Below, in pieces: positions 21,334 through 31,082 of a stretch of 64,000 nucleotides of DNA. Numbering within the stretch: the stretch's first letter is position 1; each line of letters opens with the position of its first letter. A model generated the notes under the pieces. It was not told the DNA's origin and made no database searches. It saw only the letters and a program-made list of their open reading frames with translations. A program made the position numbers and the translations under genes. Source of the DNA: an uncultured Actinomycetota bacterium (GTDB lineage Bacteria > Actinomycetota > Actinomycetes > JAHEKZ01); the NCBI GenBank assembly GCA_963743915.1, contig CAVURN010000005.1, positions 320,001 through 384,000 of the forward strand, in the 5' to 3' direction.

Positions 21334-23853
21334 TTGATCCAGCTGCGCCTGATCGCCGGCGGTTCTGCACTCGCCCTTGGGGCCGGACTCCTCCTCCTGC
21401 CGCCGTCGGCCGGGGCAGCGGTGACGTGCACCGCGTTCGGCACGACGCCGGAGTACTCCGGCGTCGTGCCGACTCCCGAGGAGATTCTTGGCTTCCCCCT
21501 GGGCAGCCAGGAGACGACGCCCCGCGAGATCTCCGCCTTCGTCAGTGCCGTCGACCAGGCAAGCGACCGGGTCACCAGCGGCAGCGCTGCCACCTCGGTG
21601 GGTGGACGCCCCCTTCCCTACGCCGTGGTCGGGGCGCCGGACGCCGTCACCCCCGACGCACTGGACACGATCAGCGACCAGGCCCAGCGCCTGCGCGACC
21701 CCCTGCTGCCCGCCGGCGCGGTGGACGACCTGGTGTCGAGCACACCGGCGATCCTGTGGGTGTCGGGCAACGTCCACGGGAACGAGGAGAGCGGGGCCGA
21801 GGGCGCACTGCAGGTGCTCTACGAGCTCGCCGACCGCACCGACTGCGTCGCGGACACCGTGCTGTCCAACGCACTGGTCGTCATCCTGCCGACGCAGAAC
21901 CCGGACGGCCGGGCCGAGGACAGCCGTCGCAACCTCTACGGGTTCGACATGAACCGCGACTGGTTCGCCCGCACGCAGCCCGAGACGGACGGGAAGCTCG
22001 AGCTGCTCAGGCGCTTCCCCCCGATGCTCTATGTCGACGCCCACGAGTTCGGGTACTCAGACTTCCTGTTCCCGCCCCACGCCGACCCCGAGTACCACGA
22101 GACCCCTGACACCGTTCACGACTGGATCTTCGACGAGTACAGCCCGGCGATCGCCGCCGAGTTCGACCGCGAGAAGCTCAACTACCACCACGGCGCCCCG
22201 TACGACTTCTTCGCGAGCATCTTCGGCGACACCGTCCCCGGAGTGGGATTCCACGCAGCGGGCATGACCTTCGAGAAGGACAACCGCGACCTGCTGAGCG
22301 CCCGGTCGTTCCAACAGTTCCTGGCCATGTGGGCTTCGGTCTTCCGTGGGGCGACGGGCGGCAGCGACTGGGTACGTCAGTGGCACGAGTCCTACGTCAA
22401 CGCGTACGACGAGGGCGTTGCCGGCTCTCTCCAGCCCAACGAGGTCTACTGGCCCAAGAGCACCCTCTACCAGCAGGTGCCCAACCAACGGGTGCGCCAC
22501 TACTTCCTGCCCGACCAGCCGAGCCGCGCGTACGAGCTCGACACCTTGGTGCGCCGACTGCAGCGGATGGATGTCGACGTGTACCGGCTGACCGAGCCGC
22601 TGCGTGTCCCGAACTTCACGCCGTACGGCGGCCGGACCCATGCCGAGACTCTCCCCATCGGCTCCTACTGGATCCCGATGGCTCAGGGTCAGAAGCACTG
22701 GATCCAGTCGATGCTCGCCAGGGAGACCTACATCCCGGTCAAGGTGACCTACGACGTCACGTCGTGGAGCAACCCCCTCCTGCTGAACCTGGACGGGGGA
22801 TCGAGCGGCGACGTGCTGGCTCCGAGCGCTGAGCTCGTTCCCCGGGTCACCACACCAGGGTGGGACGGACGTGGTGGCGTCCCGTCCGTGGGGCTGTTCG
22901 AGATCCCCGGGTCGTCCCGCGGGTTCGAGTCCGCCGGCCAGACGCGCTACCTCTTCGAGCGCATGTGGGGTCTGCCCTACCGCATGGTGACGGCCAACGA
23001 CATCATCGGCGGGCTCCGCGACGTCGACGTCCTTGTCGTGCCGGACGGCTACTCCAACTACGCCATGCAGGCTCTCGGGTCGAAGGGCAAGAGAGCGCTG
23101 CGCACTTGGGTGAGCGACGGGGGTCGATACGTCGGATGGCAGGGCGGCACCCGGATTGCGATCAGCTCGGGCCTGTCCACGGTGACGCTGGCGAACACGA
23201 AGGCGAACGCACCCGGCACGCTCATCCGCACCGTCCTCGACACCGACAGCCCGCTGTCGACCGGTGTCGGCAGGACCGTGTGGGTCATGTACGACAACAA
23301 CGAGACGATGAGCACCGCCTTCTCCGCCGGCGGGTTCCCGTCGCCGGGATCACCGGCGTACGCCACGTCCGGTCTTGCGGAGAAGGTGGGCGCGCTTGCG
23401 GGGACGTCGTTCGTGGCTGACGAGCCCCTCGGCAGCGGACGCGTCATCACCTTCTCGATCGACCCGAACTTCCGGGCCTGGTCGCTCGGCACCCACCGGT
23501 TGCTGTGGAATGCCATCACCGGACCGGACCCGGACGCCGTCGGAGCCAGGTTCGCTCGGGGCGAGCGGCGCGCGGTGGCGGTCGACCGGGCCCGGACGGC
23601 CGAGCGCGCGACCCCGGAGATGGGCGACGCGCTGCGGGTGGCGGTGCCCAGGGAGCAGGTGGCGGCTGCTCGTGCTGCGCTGCGTCCGCTCGGGCTACGG
23701 GTGGTGACCACACCCGAAGGCGAGCTCAGCATCGTCGCGGTCGCGAACGTCGAGCATGTCGGCCTGGAGGAGAGCCGGCGGCTGGCTCGCGTGCTTCCCC
23801 GCCTTCAGCGCGCCGACATCACGATCGTGTGGGCCAACCTCCCGGGGCCGTGA
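21334..23853 (+). CDS. Secreted M14 zinc carboxypeptidase family protein with a C-terminal GATase-like domain
   Basis: Signal peptide; NVHGNEESG, QNPDGR, RRNLYGFDMNRD, DAHE; GGAGG RBS before the TTG at 21334. Confidence 0.88.
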   Translation: MIQLRLIAGGSALALGAGLLLLPPSAGAAVTCTAFGTTPEYSGVVPTPEEILGFPLGSQETTPREISAFVSAVDQASDRVTSGSAATSVGGRPLPYAVVGAPDAVTPDALDTISDQAQRLRDPLLPAGAVDDLVSSTPAILWVSGNVHGNEESGAEGALQVLYELADRTDCVADTVLSNALVVILPTQNPDGRAEDSRRNLYGFDMNRDWFARTQPETDGKLELLRRFPPMLYVDAHEFGYSDFLFPPHADPEYHETPDTVHDWIFDEYSPAIAAEFDREKLNYHHGAPYDFFASIFGDTVPGVGFHAAGMTFEKDNRDLLSARSFQQFLAMWASVFRGATGGSDWVRQWHESYVNAYDEGVAGSLQPNEVYWPKSTLYQQVPNQRVRHYFLPDQPSRAYELDTLVRRLQRMDVDVYRLTEPLRVPNFTPYGGRTHAETLPIGSYWIPMAQGQKHWIQSMLARETYIPVKVTYDVTSWSNPLLLNLDGGSSGDVLAPSAELVPRVTTPGWDGRGGVPSVGLFEIPGSSRGFESAGQTRYLFERMWGLPYRMVTANDIIGGLRDVDVLVVPDGYSNYAMQALGSKGKRALRTWVSDGGRYVGWQGGTRIAISSGLSTVTLANTKANAPGTLIRTVLDTDSPLSTGVGRTVWVMYDNNETMSTAFSAGGFPSPGSPAYATSGLAEKVGALAGTSFVADEPLGSGRVITFSIDPNFRAWSLGTHRLLWNAITGPDPDAVGARFARGERRAVAVDRARTAERATPEMGDALRVAVPREQVAAARAALRPLGLRVVTTPEGELSIVAVANVEHVGLEESRRLARVLPRLQRADITIVWANLPGP

Positions 23854-23863
23854 GCGGAACAGC

Positions 23864-23919
23864 ACACCTTTGGGGAAACTCGTCGGGGTCATAGCCCGGA
23901 GGAGTTACCCCAAAGGTGT
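23864..23919. terminator. Long hairpin between convergent genes (bidirectional terminator or REP-like element)
   Basis: ACACCTTTGGGGAAACTC (23864-23881) pairs with GAGTTACCCCAAAGGTGT (23902-23919) with one mismatch. Confidence 0.65.
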
Positions 23920-24692
23920 CAAAGGCGGACGAGACGCTGGGCGTCGTCGAAGAGCGACCGCTGCGCCGATCGCGCCGCGATGACGGCCGCCATGAAGGCA
24001 GCGCCGAGCAGCATGTACATGACCACGATCTGGTAGCGGATGGCGTCCCACGGGTCGACGCCCGCCAGGATCAGACCGGTCATGGCACCCGGCAGTGAGA
24101 TCAGCCCCACCACCTTGGTGGTGTCGACGGCCGGCACCAGCGCGGTGCGCACCGCGGTGCGGTAGGGCTGCAGGAATGCCGACCCGGTCGAGAGCCCGAG
24201 GGCGAGCCGCGCCTCGATCTTCTCGCGCTGGTCGGCGACGACGTCCACCGTGCGCTGCAGCGCCAGTCCCGCGGTCACCATCGCGGTGCTCACCACCATG
24301 CCGCCGACCGGGATCACCACGCGCGGCACCGCGTCGATGGTGCCGAGGGCCAGCAGCAGGCCCATCGTCGCCGCGACGGCGACACCGATGCCCCACCAGG
24401 CATGCTGCCGCGCACCCGGGATGCCGGCTGCGCGGCGTCCTGCGACGAAACCGGCGATCACCACCATGATCAACAGCCACCCGAAGGCTGCCGGCAGGCC
24501 ACCCTGCTCGAACACGACGAGCAGAAGCGCACCCACGGCGGCCAGCTGCACCAGGGCACGGACCGCCGCGACAGCGACCTCGCGCTCGAGCCCGAGCTTC
24601 TGCCGCCAGGAGATCAGCACCGCCACCAGGACCAGCGCGGCCGATGCTGCGACCCCGAGCCAGGTCGGGATGTTGGCGGTGCTCGAACCCAT
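23919..24692 (-). CDS. FetB/YbbM (UPF0014) ABC transporter permease
   Basis: LGLERE...RALVQL, IPVGGMVV, IEARLALG, VGLISLPGAMTGLILAG, AIRYQIVVM. Confidence 0.9.
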   Translation of the reverse strand: MGSSTANIPTWLGVAASAALVLVAVLISWRQKLGLEREVAVAAVRALVQLAAVGALLLVVFEQGGLPAAFGWLLIMVVIAGFVAGRRAAGIPGARQHAWWGIGVAVAATMGLLLALGTIDAVPRVVIPVGGMVVSTAMVTAGLALQRTVDVVADQREKIEARLALGLSTGSAFLQPYRTAVRTALVPAVDTTKVVGLISLPGAMTGLILAGVDPWDAIRYQIVVMYMLLGAAFMAAVIAARSAQRSLFDDAQRLVRL

Positions 24693-24695
24693 GGC

Positions 24696-25388
24696 TCACT
24701 CTCCTCCCAGGTAGGTGACGGTCGCGGGGTCTCCGCGCTCGACGAGGCGTCCCGCGTCGAGGACGAGGGCGTCGTGCGTGAGGGCGGCCGCACGGTGCCG
24801 GTCGTGCGTCACCAGCACGACGGAGAGGCCCTCGGCCGCCAGCCCGGCGATGACCGCGTCCACGGCCTCCGCCGACCGGTCGTCGAGCGCACTGGTGGGC
24901 TCGTCGAGCAGCAGCACCTCCGGCCCGACGGCGAGCGCGCGGGCCAGCGCGAGCCGCTGCTGCTCCCCGCCGGAGAGGTCACCGGGCCGGCGGTCACGGC
25001 CGATGTGGTCGAGTGCGACGCGGGTCAGCAGCTCGTCGACGGCGTGCTCGGGAAGGGTGGGCTCGCCGACTCTCACCTCGTCGTCGACCCGTTCGGTCAG
25101 CATGGTGGCGCGTTGGGCGACGAGGCCGACCCGACGGCGCAGGTCGCGGACGTCGAGGTCGGGCAGCGGAACACCGTGGAACAGGACGCGACCCGCGGTC
25201 GGTTCCTCGAAGCGGTTGAGCATGCGCAGCAGCGTCGACTTGCCGGAACCGCTGGGACCGACCACCGCCGTCACGTGACCCTCGTGGATGTGGTCGCTGA
25301 CGGCGTCCAGGATGGCGCGCTCGCCGATCCGGAAGGTGACCGCGTCCAGCGTGAACAGCTCGGGTGCAGCACCCTCGGTGTGCGGCAT
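24696..25388 (-). CDS. ABC transporter ATP-binding protein (FetA/YbbL-like)
   Basis: GPSGSGKST, LSGGEQQR, LLLDEPTSALD; start overlaps the tryptophanase stop. Confidence 0.9.
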   Translation of the reverse strand: MPHTEGAAPELFTLDAVTFRIGERAILDAVSDHIHEGHVTAVVGPSGSGKSTLLRMLNRFEEPTAGRVLFHGVPLPDLDVRDLRRRVGLVAQRATMLTERVDDEVRVGEPTLPEHAVDELLTRVALDHIGRDRRPGDLSGGEQQRLALARALAVGPEVLLLDEPTSALDDRSAEAVDAVIAGLAAEGLSVVLVTHDRHRAAALTHDALVLDAGRLVERGDPATVTYLGGE

Positions 25389-26788
25389 CAGACCGTCGGG
25401 AGTGGCTCGAAGCGTGCCGTGAAGTGCCGGAGCTGGTGCGGTTGCTCGACGATGCGGTAGCCGGGAAGCGTGTCGGCGCGACGGGCGACCTCCTGGCACA
25501 CCTCGATGACGTAGTCGATGTGGCTCTGGGTGTAGGTGCGACGCGGGATGGCCAGCCGGACGAGGTCCATCGAGGCGGCCACCTCGCTGCCGTCGGCCTG
25601 GCGTCCGAACATGACGGTGCCGATCTCGCAGCCACGCACGCCGCCGACCTCGTACAGCGCGACCGCCAGCGACTGTCCTGGATAGCTGAGCGGATCGAGG
25701 TGGGGCAGCAGCGCGCGCGCGTCGAGGTAGACCGCATGGCCGCCGATCGGCCGCACCACGGGGATGCCGGCCGCATGCAGTGCCTCTCCGAGATAGGCGG
25801 TGGAGCGGATGCGGTAGCGGAGGTAGTCGTGGTCGACGACCTCGGACAGGCCTTGCGCCAGGGCCTCGAGGTCACGGCCGGCCAGCCCGCCGTACGTCGG
25901 AAAGCCTTCGGTGAGGATGAGCAGGTTGCGGCACTGTTCGGCAAGCGCGTCGTCGTCCATCGCGAGCCACCCGCCGATGTTCCCCATCGGGTCCTTCTTG
26001 GCACTCATCGTCATGCCGTCGGCGACCGCCGCCATCTCGCGGACGATGGCTCGGACATCCCGGTCACCCATGCCGGCCTCACGCTCGCGGATGAACCAGG
26101 CGTTCTCGGCGAACCGACACGCGTCGAGGAAGAGCGGCAGTCCGTAGCGGTCGCAGACCTCGCGCACCTCGAGCAGGTTGGCCAGGGAGACCGGTTGTCC
26201 GCCTCCCGAGTTGTTGGTCACCGTCATCATGACCACGGGAACGTCGGCGGCCCGCTCGGCGAGCAGCTGCTCCAGCGCCGGGACGTCCATGTTGCCCTTG
26301 AAGGGGTGCTCGGACTGTGGGTCCCGCCCCTCGGGGATCACCAGGTCGAGGGCCTCGGCGCCGCTGGCTTCGACGTTCGCGCGGGTGGTGTCGAAGTGTG
26401 TGTTGTTGGGCACGACCTTCCCCGGACCGCCGAGGGCGGTGAAGAGGATCCGCTCGGCGGCGCGCCCCTGGTGCGTGGGGATCACATGGGCGAACGGGAA
26501 GAGGTCCTGCACGGCGTCCTGGAACACGAACCAGGACGGGGAACCGGCGTAGGACTCGTCGCCGTGCTGGATCGCGGCCCACTGGTCCCGGGACATCGCT
26601 CCGGTCCCGGAGTCGGTCAGCAGGTCGATCAGGACGTCCTCGGCGCGCAGGTTGAACAGGTTGCACCCGGCCTCGGCCAGGGCGTCACGCCGCTCGGCCT
26701 CGGTGGTCAGCCGAAGGGGCTCCACCGAGTGAATCCGGAACGGCTCGATGATCGTGCGGGCCCGCCAGCGGTCCTGCTCCTGCGTCAT
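25388..26788 (-). CDS. tnaA: Tryptophanase (beta-eliminating lyase; tyrosine phenol-lyase not excluded)
   Basis: EPFRIHSVE, IDLLTDSGT, GDESYAG, THQGRAAE, DACRFAENA, MSAKKD (PLP Lys), RLAIPRRTYT. Confidence 0.88.
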   Translation of the reverse strand: MTQEQDRWRARTIIEPFRIHSVEPLRLTTEAERRDALAEAGCNLFNLRAEDVLIDLLTDSGTGAMSRDQWAAIQHGDESYAGSPSWFVFQDAVQDLFPFAHVIPTHQGRAAERILFTALGGPGKVVPNNTHFDTTRANVEASGAEALDLVIPEGRDPQSEHPFKGNMDVPALEQLLAERAADVPVVMMTVTNNSGGGQPVSLANLLEVREVCDRYGLPLFLDACRFAENAWFIREREAGMGDRDVRAIVREMAAVADGMTMSAKKDPMGNIGGWLAMDDDALAEQCRNLLILTEGFPTYGGLAGRDLEALAQGLSEVVDHDYLRYRIRSTAYLGEALHAAGIPVVRPIGGHAVYLDARALLPHLDPLSYPGQSLAVALYEVGGVRGCEIGTVMFGRQADGSEVAASMDLVRLAIPRRTYTQSHIDYVIEVCQEVARRADTLPGYRIVEQPHQLRHFTARFEPLPTV

Positions 26789-26797
26789 GGCCGCAGG

Positions 26798-28423
26798 CTA
26801 TGCCTTGCCGGCGGCCGCGTCAGCGTCCTCCAGGCGCGGGAAGAGCGCATCCCCCTTGGTGAGCGTGCACCCCGCGGGCAGGACACCCCAGCGTCCGGCG
26901 TCCTGCACACGCTGATCGGCCAGGGGGCCGAGAGCCGGCTCGGCGCCGAGCAGGCTCCAGATCCGTTGGGCGGACGTGGGCATGACGGCCGCGTACAGCA
27001 CCGCCAGCGCCCGGAGTGAGTCCGCGGCGGCGTACAGGATCGTCGCGAGCCGGTCCCGCTCAGCCTCGTCCTTCGCCACCTTCCACGGCTCCTGCTCGGT
27101 CACGTAGCCGTTGACCGCCTCGACGAACCCGCGCACGGCGGCCAGCCCGTCGTGGAAGCGCAGGTCGGTCATGGCGGCGTCAGCGGTCGCGACCGCAGAG
27201 GCGAGTGCGGAGGCGAGCTGGTACTCGGCGTCGCGTTCGTCGGAGGGGGCCGGAAGTGTTCCGTCGAAGTACTTGCCCACCATGGCCGCCACGCGCGAGG
27301 CGAGGTTTCCGAGCCCGTTGGCCAGCTCCGAGGTGTACACCGCGCTCATGTGCTCCCAGGAGAACGAGCCGTCGTGCCCGAACGGGATGGCGCTGAGGAA
27401 GTAGTAGCGGAAGGCGTCCGCACCGAAGTGGTCGGTGATCTGCTCCGGCGCGATCCCGGTGAGCTTGGACTTGCTCATCTTCTCGCCACCGACGAGCAGC
27501 CAGCCGTGGGCGAACACCTTGCCCGGCAGCGGAAGCCCGGCCGCCATGAGCATGGCCGGCCAGATGACGGCGTGGAACCGCAGGATGTCCTTGCCGACCA
27601 GGTGGACGTCGGACGGCCAGGTCGTCGCGAACTGTTGCTCGAGCGCCGGGTCCTGCTCGCCGTACCCGATGGCGGTGGCGTAGTTGAGCAGCGCGTCGAA
27701 CCAGACGTAGGTGACCTGGGAGGTGTCCCACGGGATCGGGATGCCCCAGGCGAACGACGACCGCGAGATCGACAGGTCGGTCAGTCCCGACTCGATGAAG
27801 CTGAGGACCTCGTTGCGCGCGGACGCAGGTGCGACGGCGTCGGGATGGGCGCGGTAGTGGTCGAGCAGCGGCTCGGTGTAGGCGGACAGCCGAAAGAACC
27901 AGTTCGTCTCGGAGACGGTCTCGACGGGGCGGGAGTGGATCGGACAGATCTGCACCCCGTCCTCGCCCTCCTCCAGGTCTCCCGGCAGCTTGAACTCCTC
28001 GCAGCCCACGCAGTACGGACCGGTGTAGGACCCTTCGTAGATCTCGCCCTTGTCGTACAGGTGCTGCAGGAAGGCCTGGACGCGCCGCGCGTGGCGCTCC
28101 TCTGTGGTGCGGATGAAGTCGTCGTTGGCGACTTCGAGCAGGTCGAGCAGGGGAAGCCAGGCGTCCGTCACCAGCCGGTCGACCCACTCCTGCGGGTCGG
28201 CACCGTTCGCCTCAGCCGACCGCATCACCTTCTGGCCATGCTCGTCGGTGCCGGTGAGGAACCACACGCGTTCGCCCCGCTGCCGGTGCCAGCGGGTCAG
28301 GACGTCCCCCGCGACGGTCGTGTAGGCGTGGCCGATGTGCGGAGCGTCGTTGACGTAGTAGATCGGCGTCGTGACGTAGTACGCCTTGTCCGACTGCTCG
28401 GTAGACGACTGGAGGGCGCTCAC
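26798..28423 (-). CDS. metG: Methionyl-tRNA synthetase
   Basis: TTPIYYVNDAPHIGHAY, TGTDEHG, CVGCEEF knuckle, GKDILRFH, KMSKS. Confidence 0.97.
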   Translation of the reverse strand: MSALQSSTEQSDKAYYVTTPIYYVNDAPHIGHAYTTVAGDVLTRWHRQRGERVWFLTGTDEHGQKVMRSAEANGADPQEWVDRLVTDAWLPLLDLLEVANDDFIRTTEERHARRVQAFLQHLYDKGEIYEGSYTGPYCVGCEEFKLPGDLEEGEDGVQICPIHSRPVETVSETNWFFRLSAYTEPLLDHYRAHPDAVAPASARNEVLSFIESGLTDLSISRSSFAWGIPIPWDTSQVTYVWFDALLNYATAIGYGEQDPALEQQFATTWPSDVHLVGKDILRFHAVIWPAMLMAAGLPLPGKVFAHGWLLVGGEKMSKSKLTGIAPEQITDHFGADAFRYYFLSAIPFGHDGSFSWEHMSAVYTSELANGLGNLASRVAAMVGKYFDGTLPAPSDERDAEYQLASALASAVATADAAMTDLRFHDGLAAVRGFVEAVNGYVTEQEPWKVAKDEAERDRLATILYAAADSLRALAVLYAAVMPTSAQRIWSLLGAEPALGPLADQRVQDAGRWGVLPAGCTLTKGDALFPRLEDADAAAGKA

Positions 28424-28530
28424 CCGAAGATCTTAGGGCGCGCTCTTCGTCGAACCGCTCCGAGGCCCACCGAGTGCGTGCCCGGTGGACACCACAGCGC
28501 GTCGAGTGCGCCCGGTGACAGGATCGGGGC

Positions 28531-29367
28531 GTGTCCACTCCCGTGACCGGTCTGCTGGTCCTTGCTGCCACACCGATCGGCAACGTCCGCGACGCCTCCC
28601 CCCGGCTGCGCGAGCTGCTCGCGACGGCGGACGTGGTCGCCGCCGAGGACACGCGCCGACTCCGACGCCTGGCCTCGGCGCTCGAGGTAGAGATCGGTGG
28701 CGCCGTCGTCTCCTACCACGAGCACAACGAGGGGTCTCGGACGCGTGACCTGGTCGAGCGCATGAGAGCAGGACAGACCGTGGCCCTGGTCACCGACGCC
28801 GGGATGCCGTCGGTCAGCGATCCGGGCTATCGCTTGGTGGCGGCGTGCATCGCGGCGGACATTCCGGTGAGCACCGCACCCGGGCCTTCAGCGGCGTTGG
28901 CCGCCCTCGCGGCGTCCGGCCTGCCGGTCGACCGGTTCTGCTTCGAAGGATTCCTGCCGCGCAAGCCCGGCCAGCGTCGTGAGCGCTTGCGTTCGCTGGT
29001 CGGCGAAGAGCGCACGATGGTGTTCTTCGAGGCACCGCACCGACTGGCGGATGTGCTGTCCGACATGGTCGACCTGTGGGACGCCGAACGCCGGGCGGCA
29101 GTCTGCCGAGAGCTGACGAAGACCTACGAGGAGGTACGGCGCGGATCTGTTGCAGAGCTCGCCGCTTGGGCGAGCGACGGCGTCCGTGGTGAGATCACCC
29201 TGGTGGTCGCCGGCGCGTCACCGTTGCCGCCAGCCCTGACCGACGACGAGCTCCGGGAGCAGGTCGACCAGCTCGTGGCGTCAGGGCTCTCGCGCAAGGA
29301 CGCCATCTCTGTCCTCGCCGAGCGCACCGGCATCCCACGGCGCCGGGTGTACAACGCCTCGATCTGA
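28531..29367 (+). CDS. rsmI: 16S rRNA C1402 2'-O-methyltransferase
   Basis: ATPIGN, AEDTR, DAGMPSVSDPG, FEGFLP, FEAPHR, RELTKTYEE. Confidence 0.96.
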   Translation: MSTPVTGLLVLAATPIGNVRDASPRLRELLATADVVAAEDTRRLRRLASALEVEIGGAVVSYHEHNEGSRTRDLVERMRAGQTVALVTDAGMPSVSDPGYRLVAACIAADIPVSTAPGPSAALAALAASGLPVDRFCFEGFLPRKPGQRRERLRSLVGEERTMVFFEAPHRLADVLSDMVDLWDAERRAAVCRELTKTYEEVRRGSVAELAAWASDGVRGEITLVVAGASPLPPALTDDELREQVDQLVASGLSRKDAISVLAERTGIPRRRVYNASI

Positions 29368-29443
29368 CGCGTGTCCACCAGGCACGCACTCGACGGGCTG
29401 GGCGTCGGTCGGAGGGACGCTGAGCGCGTTCTAGGATGCCTGG

Positions 29444-31051
29444 GTGACGGCGACAGCGGGCCTGGGAGCGGTCCACCCCACCGCTGTCCCTGAGTCGCGA
29501 GAGGTCGCCGAGCACCGCGCGCAGGTACGTCGTCGGCTGCTGCCGCCGGGCCCCACCGATCGCGTCGCCGGCTGGGTCGGTGCGCTGGCGGTCACGGTGC
29601 TCGGCGGCATCCTGCGCTTCTGGGAGCTCGGCAAGCCTCGCGCCTTCATCTTCGACGAGACGTACTACGCAAAGGACGCGTACGGCCTGCTCCAGCACGG
29701 CTACGAGCAGGACTTCGTCGAGAAGGCCGACGAGCGGATCCTGCAGGGGAACCTCAACGTGTTCTCCGACACCGCGTCGTTCGTCGTCCATCCGCCACTG
29801 GGCAAGTGGATCATCGCGAGCGGCGAGCAGCTGTTCGGCATGAACCCGTTCGGCTGGCGCGTTGCGGTCGCGGTGCTGGGCACTCTCAGTGTCCTGCTCC
29901 TGGCCCGGCTCGTGCGACGCGTCACCGGATCCACTGTGCTCGGGACCATCGCCGGCTTCCTCCTGGCGATCGACGGGCTGCATCTCGTCATGAGCCGCTC
30001 CGCACTCCTCGACCTGCCCGTGTCGTTCTTCGTGCTTGCGGCGTTCGGCGCCCTCGTCATGGACCGCGAGCAGGGGCGCCGCCGCGCGGCCGAACGACTG
30101 GACCGGTTCGAGACCAGCAACCTCGGCCCGGGCCTGGGGTTCCGCCCCTGGCGCATCGCGGCGGGTGTGCTGCTCGGCTGCGCCCTCGGCACCAAGTGGA
30201 ACGCCATCTTCTTCATCGCCACCTTCGGTCTCCTGACGGTGTGGTGGGACGTGTCGGCGCGTCGAGTGGCCGGTGCTCGGTCCCCGTGGCTCGGCGCACT
30301 GCGACATGACGCGCTGCCAGCGTTCCTCTCCATCGTCCCGCCCGCCCTGGTCACGTACGTCGTCACCTGGACGGGCTGGCTCGTCACCGATGGCGGCTAC
30401 TACCGCACGTGGGCCGACGACAACCCCTCGAGCACATTCGGCTGGATCCCTGGCCCGCTGCGCTCCCTGTGGCACTACCACCATGAGGCCTTCGCCTTTC
30501 ACACCGGGCTGTCCAGCGACCACGCGTACGAGTCGCATCCGTGGAGCTGGCTGGTGCAGGGCCGACCGGTGTCCTTCTACTACAAGGAGTACACCGACGG
30601 GCAGCTCGGCTGCACGGTGGAGAAGTGCGCTCGCGAGGTTCTGGCGGTCGGGAACCCCGTGCTCTGGTGGAGTGTCGCACTCGCCCTCCTGGTGATGGTG
30701 TGGCTCGTGATCAGCAGACGCGACTGGCGGGCAGGTGCCGTGCTCGCGGCGGTCGCCGCCGGCTGGCTGCCGTGGTTCTGGTACGCCGACCACAACGAGC
30801 GCACCATGTTCTCGTTCTACGCCGTGGCGTTCGTTCCCTTCCTCGTGATGGCCGTCACCCTGTGCCTCGGGTTCGTCCTCGGCCCCAAGGACGCGTCGCC
30901 CGCGCGGCGCACGGCGGGCGCCACCGCCGTGGGCGCCTACCTGCTCCTCGCTCTGCTCGCAGCAGTGGTCCTGACGCCGCTCTGGCTCGGCCAGGTGATC
31001 CCCTACGACAGCTGGCTGGACCGTCTGCTCGGCATCCAGTCCTGGGTGTGA
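29444..31051 (+). CDS. pmt: Polyprenyl-phosphate-mannose protein O-mannosyltransferase
   Basis: IFDETYYAKDA, VVHPPLGKW, SRSALLD, GTKWN, HAYESHPWSW, GNPVLWW; next to rsmI as in mycobacteria. Confidence 0.93.
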   Translation: MTATAGLGAVHPTAVPESREVAEHRAQVRRRLLPPGPTDRVAGWVGALAVTVLGGILRFWELGKPRAFIFDETYYAKDAYGLLQHGYEQDFVEKADERILQGNLNVFSDTASFVVHPPLGKWIIASGEQLFGMNPFGWRVAVAVLGTLSVLLLARLVRRVTGSTVLGTIAGFLLAIDGLHLVMSRSALLDLPVSFFVLAAFGALVMDREQGRRRAAERLDRFETSNLGPGLGFRPWRIAAGVLLGCALGTKWNAIFFIATFGLLTVWWDVSARRVAGARSPWLGALRHDALPAFLSIVPPALVTYVVTWTGWLVTDGGYYRTWADDNPSSTFGWIPGPLRSLWHYHHEAFAFHTGLSSDHAYESHPWSWLVQGRPVSFYYKEYTDGQLGCTVEKCAREVLAVGNPVLWWSVALALLVMVWLVISRRDWRAGAVLAAVAAGWLPWFWYADHNERTMFSFYAVAFVPFLVMAVTLCLGFVLGPKDASPARRTAGATAVGAYLLLALLAAVVLTPLWLGQVIPYDSWLDRLLGIQSWV

Positions 31052-31082
31052 GTGCGCCTCGCGCACGACCTAGGCTCAAGGG

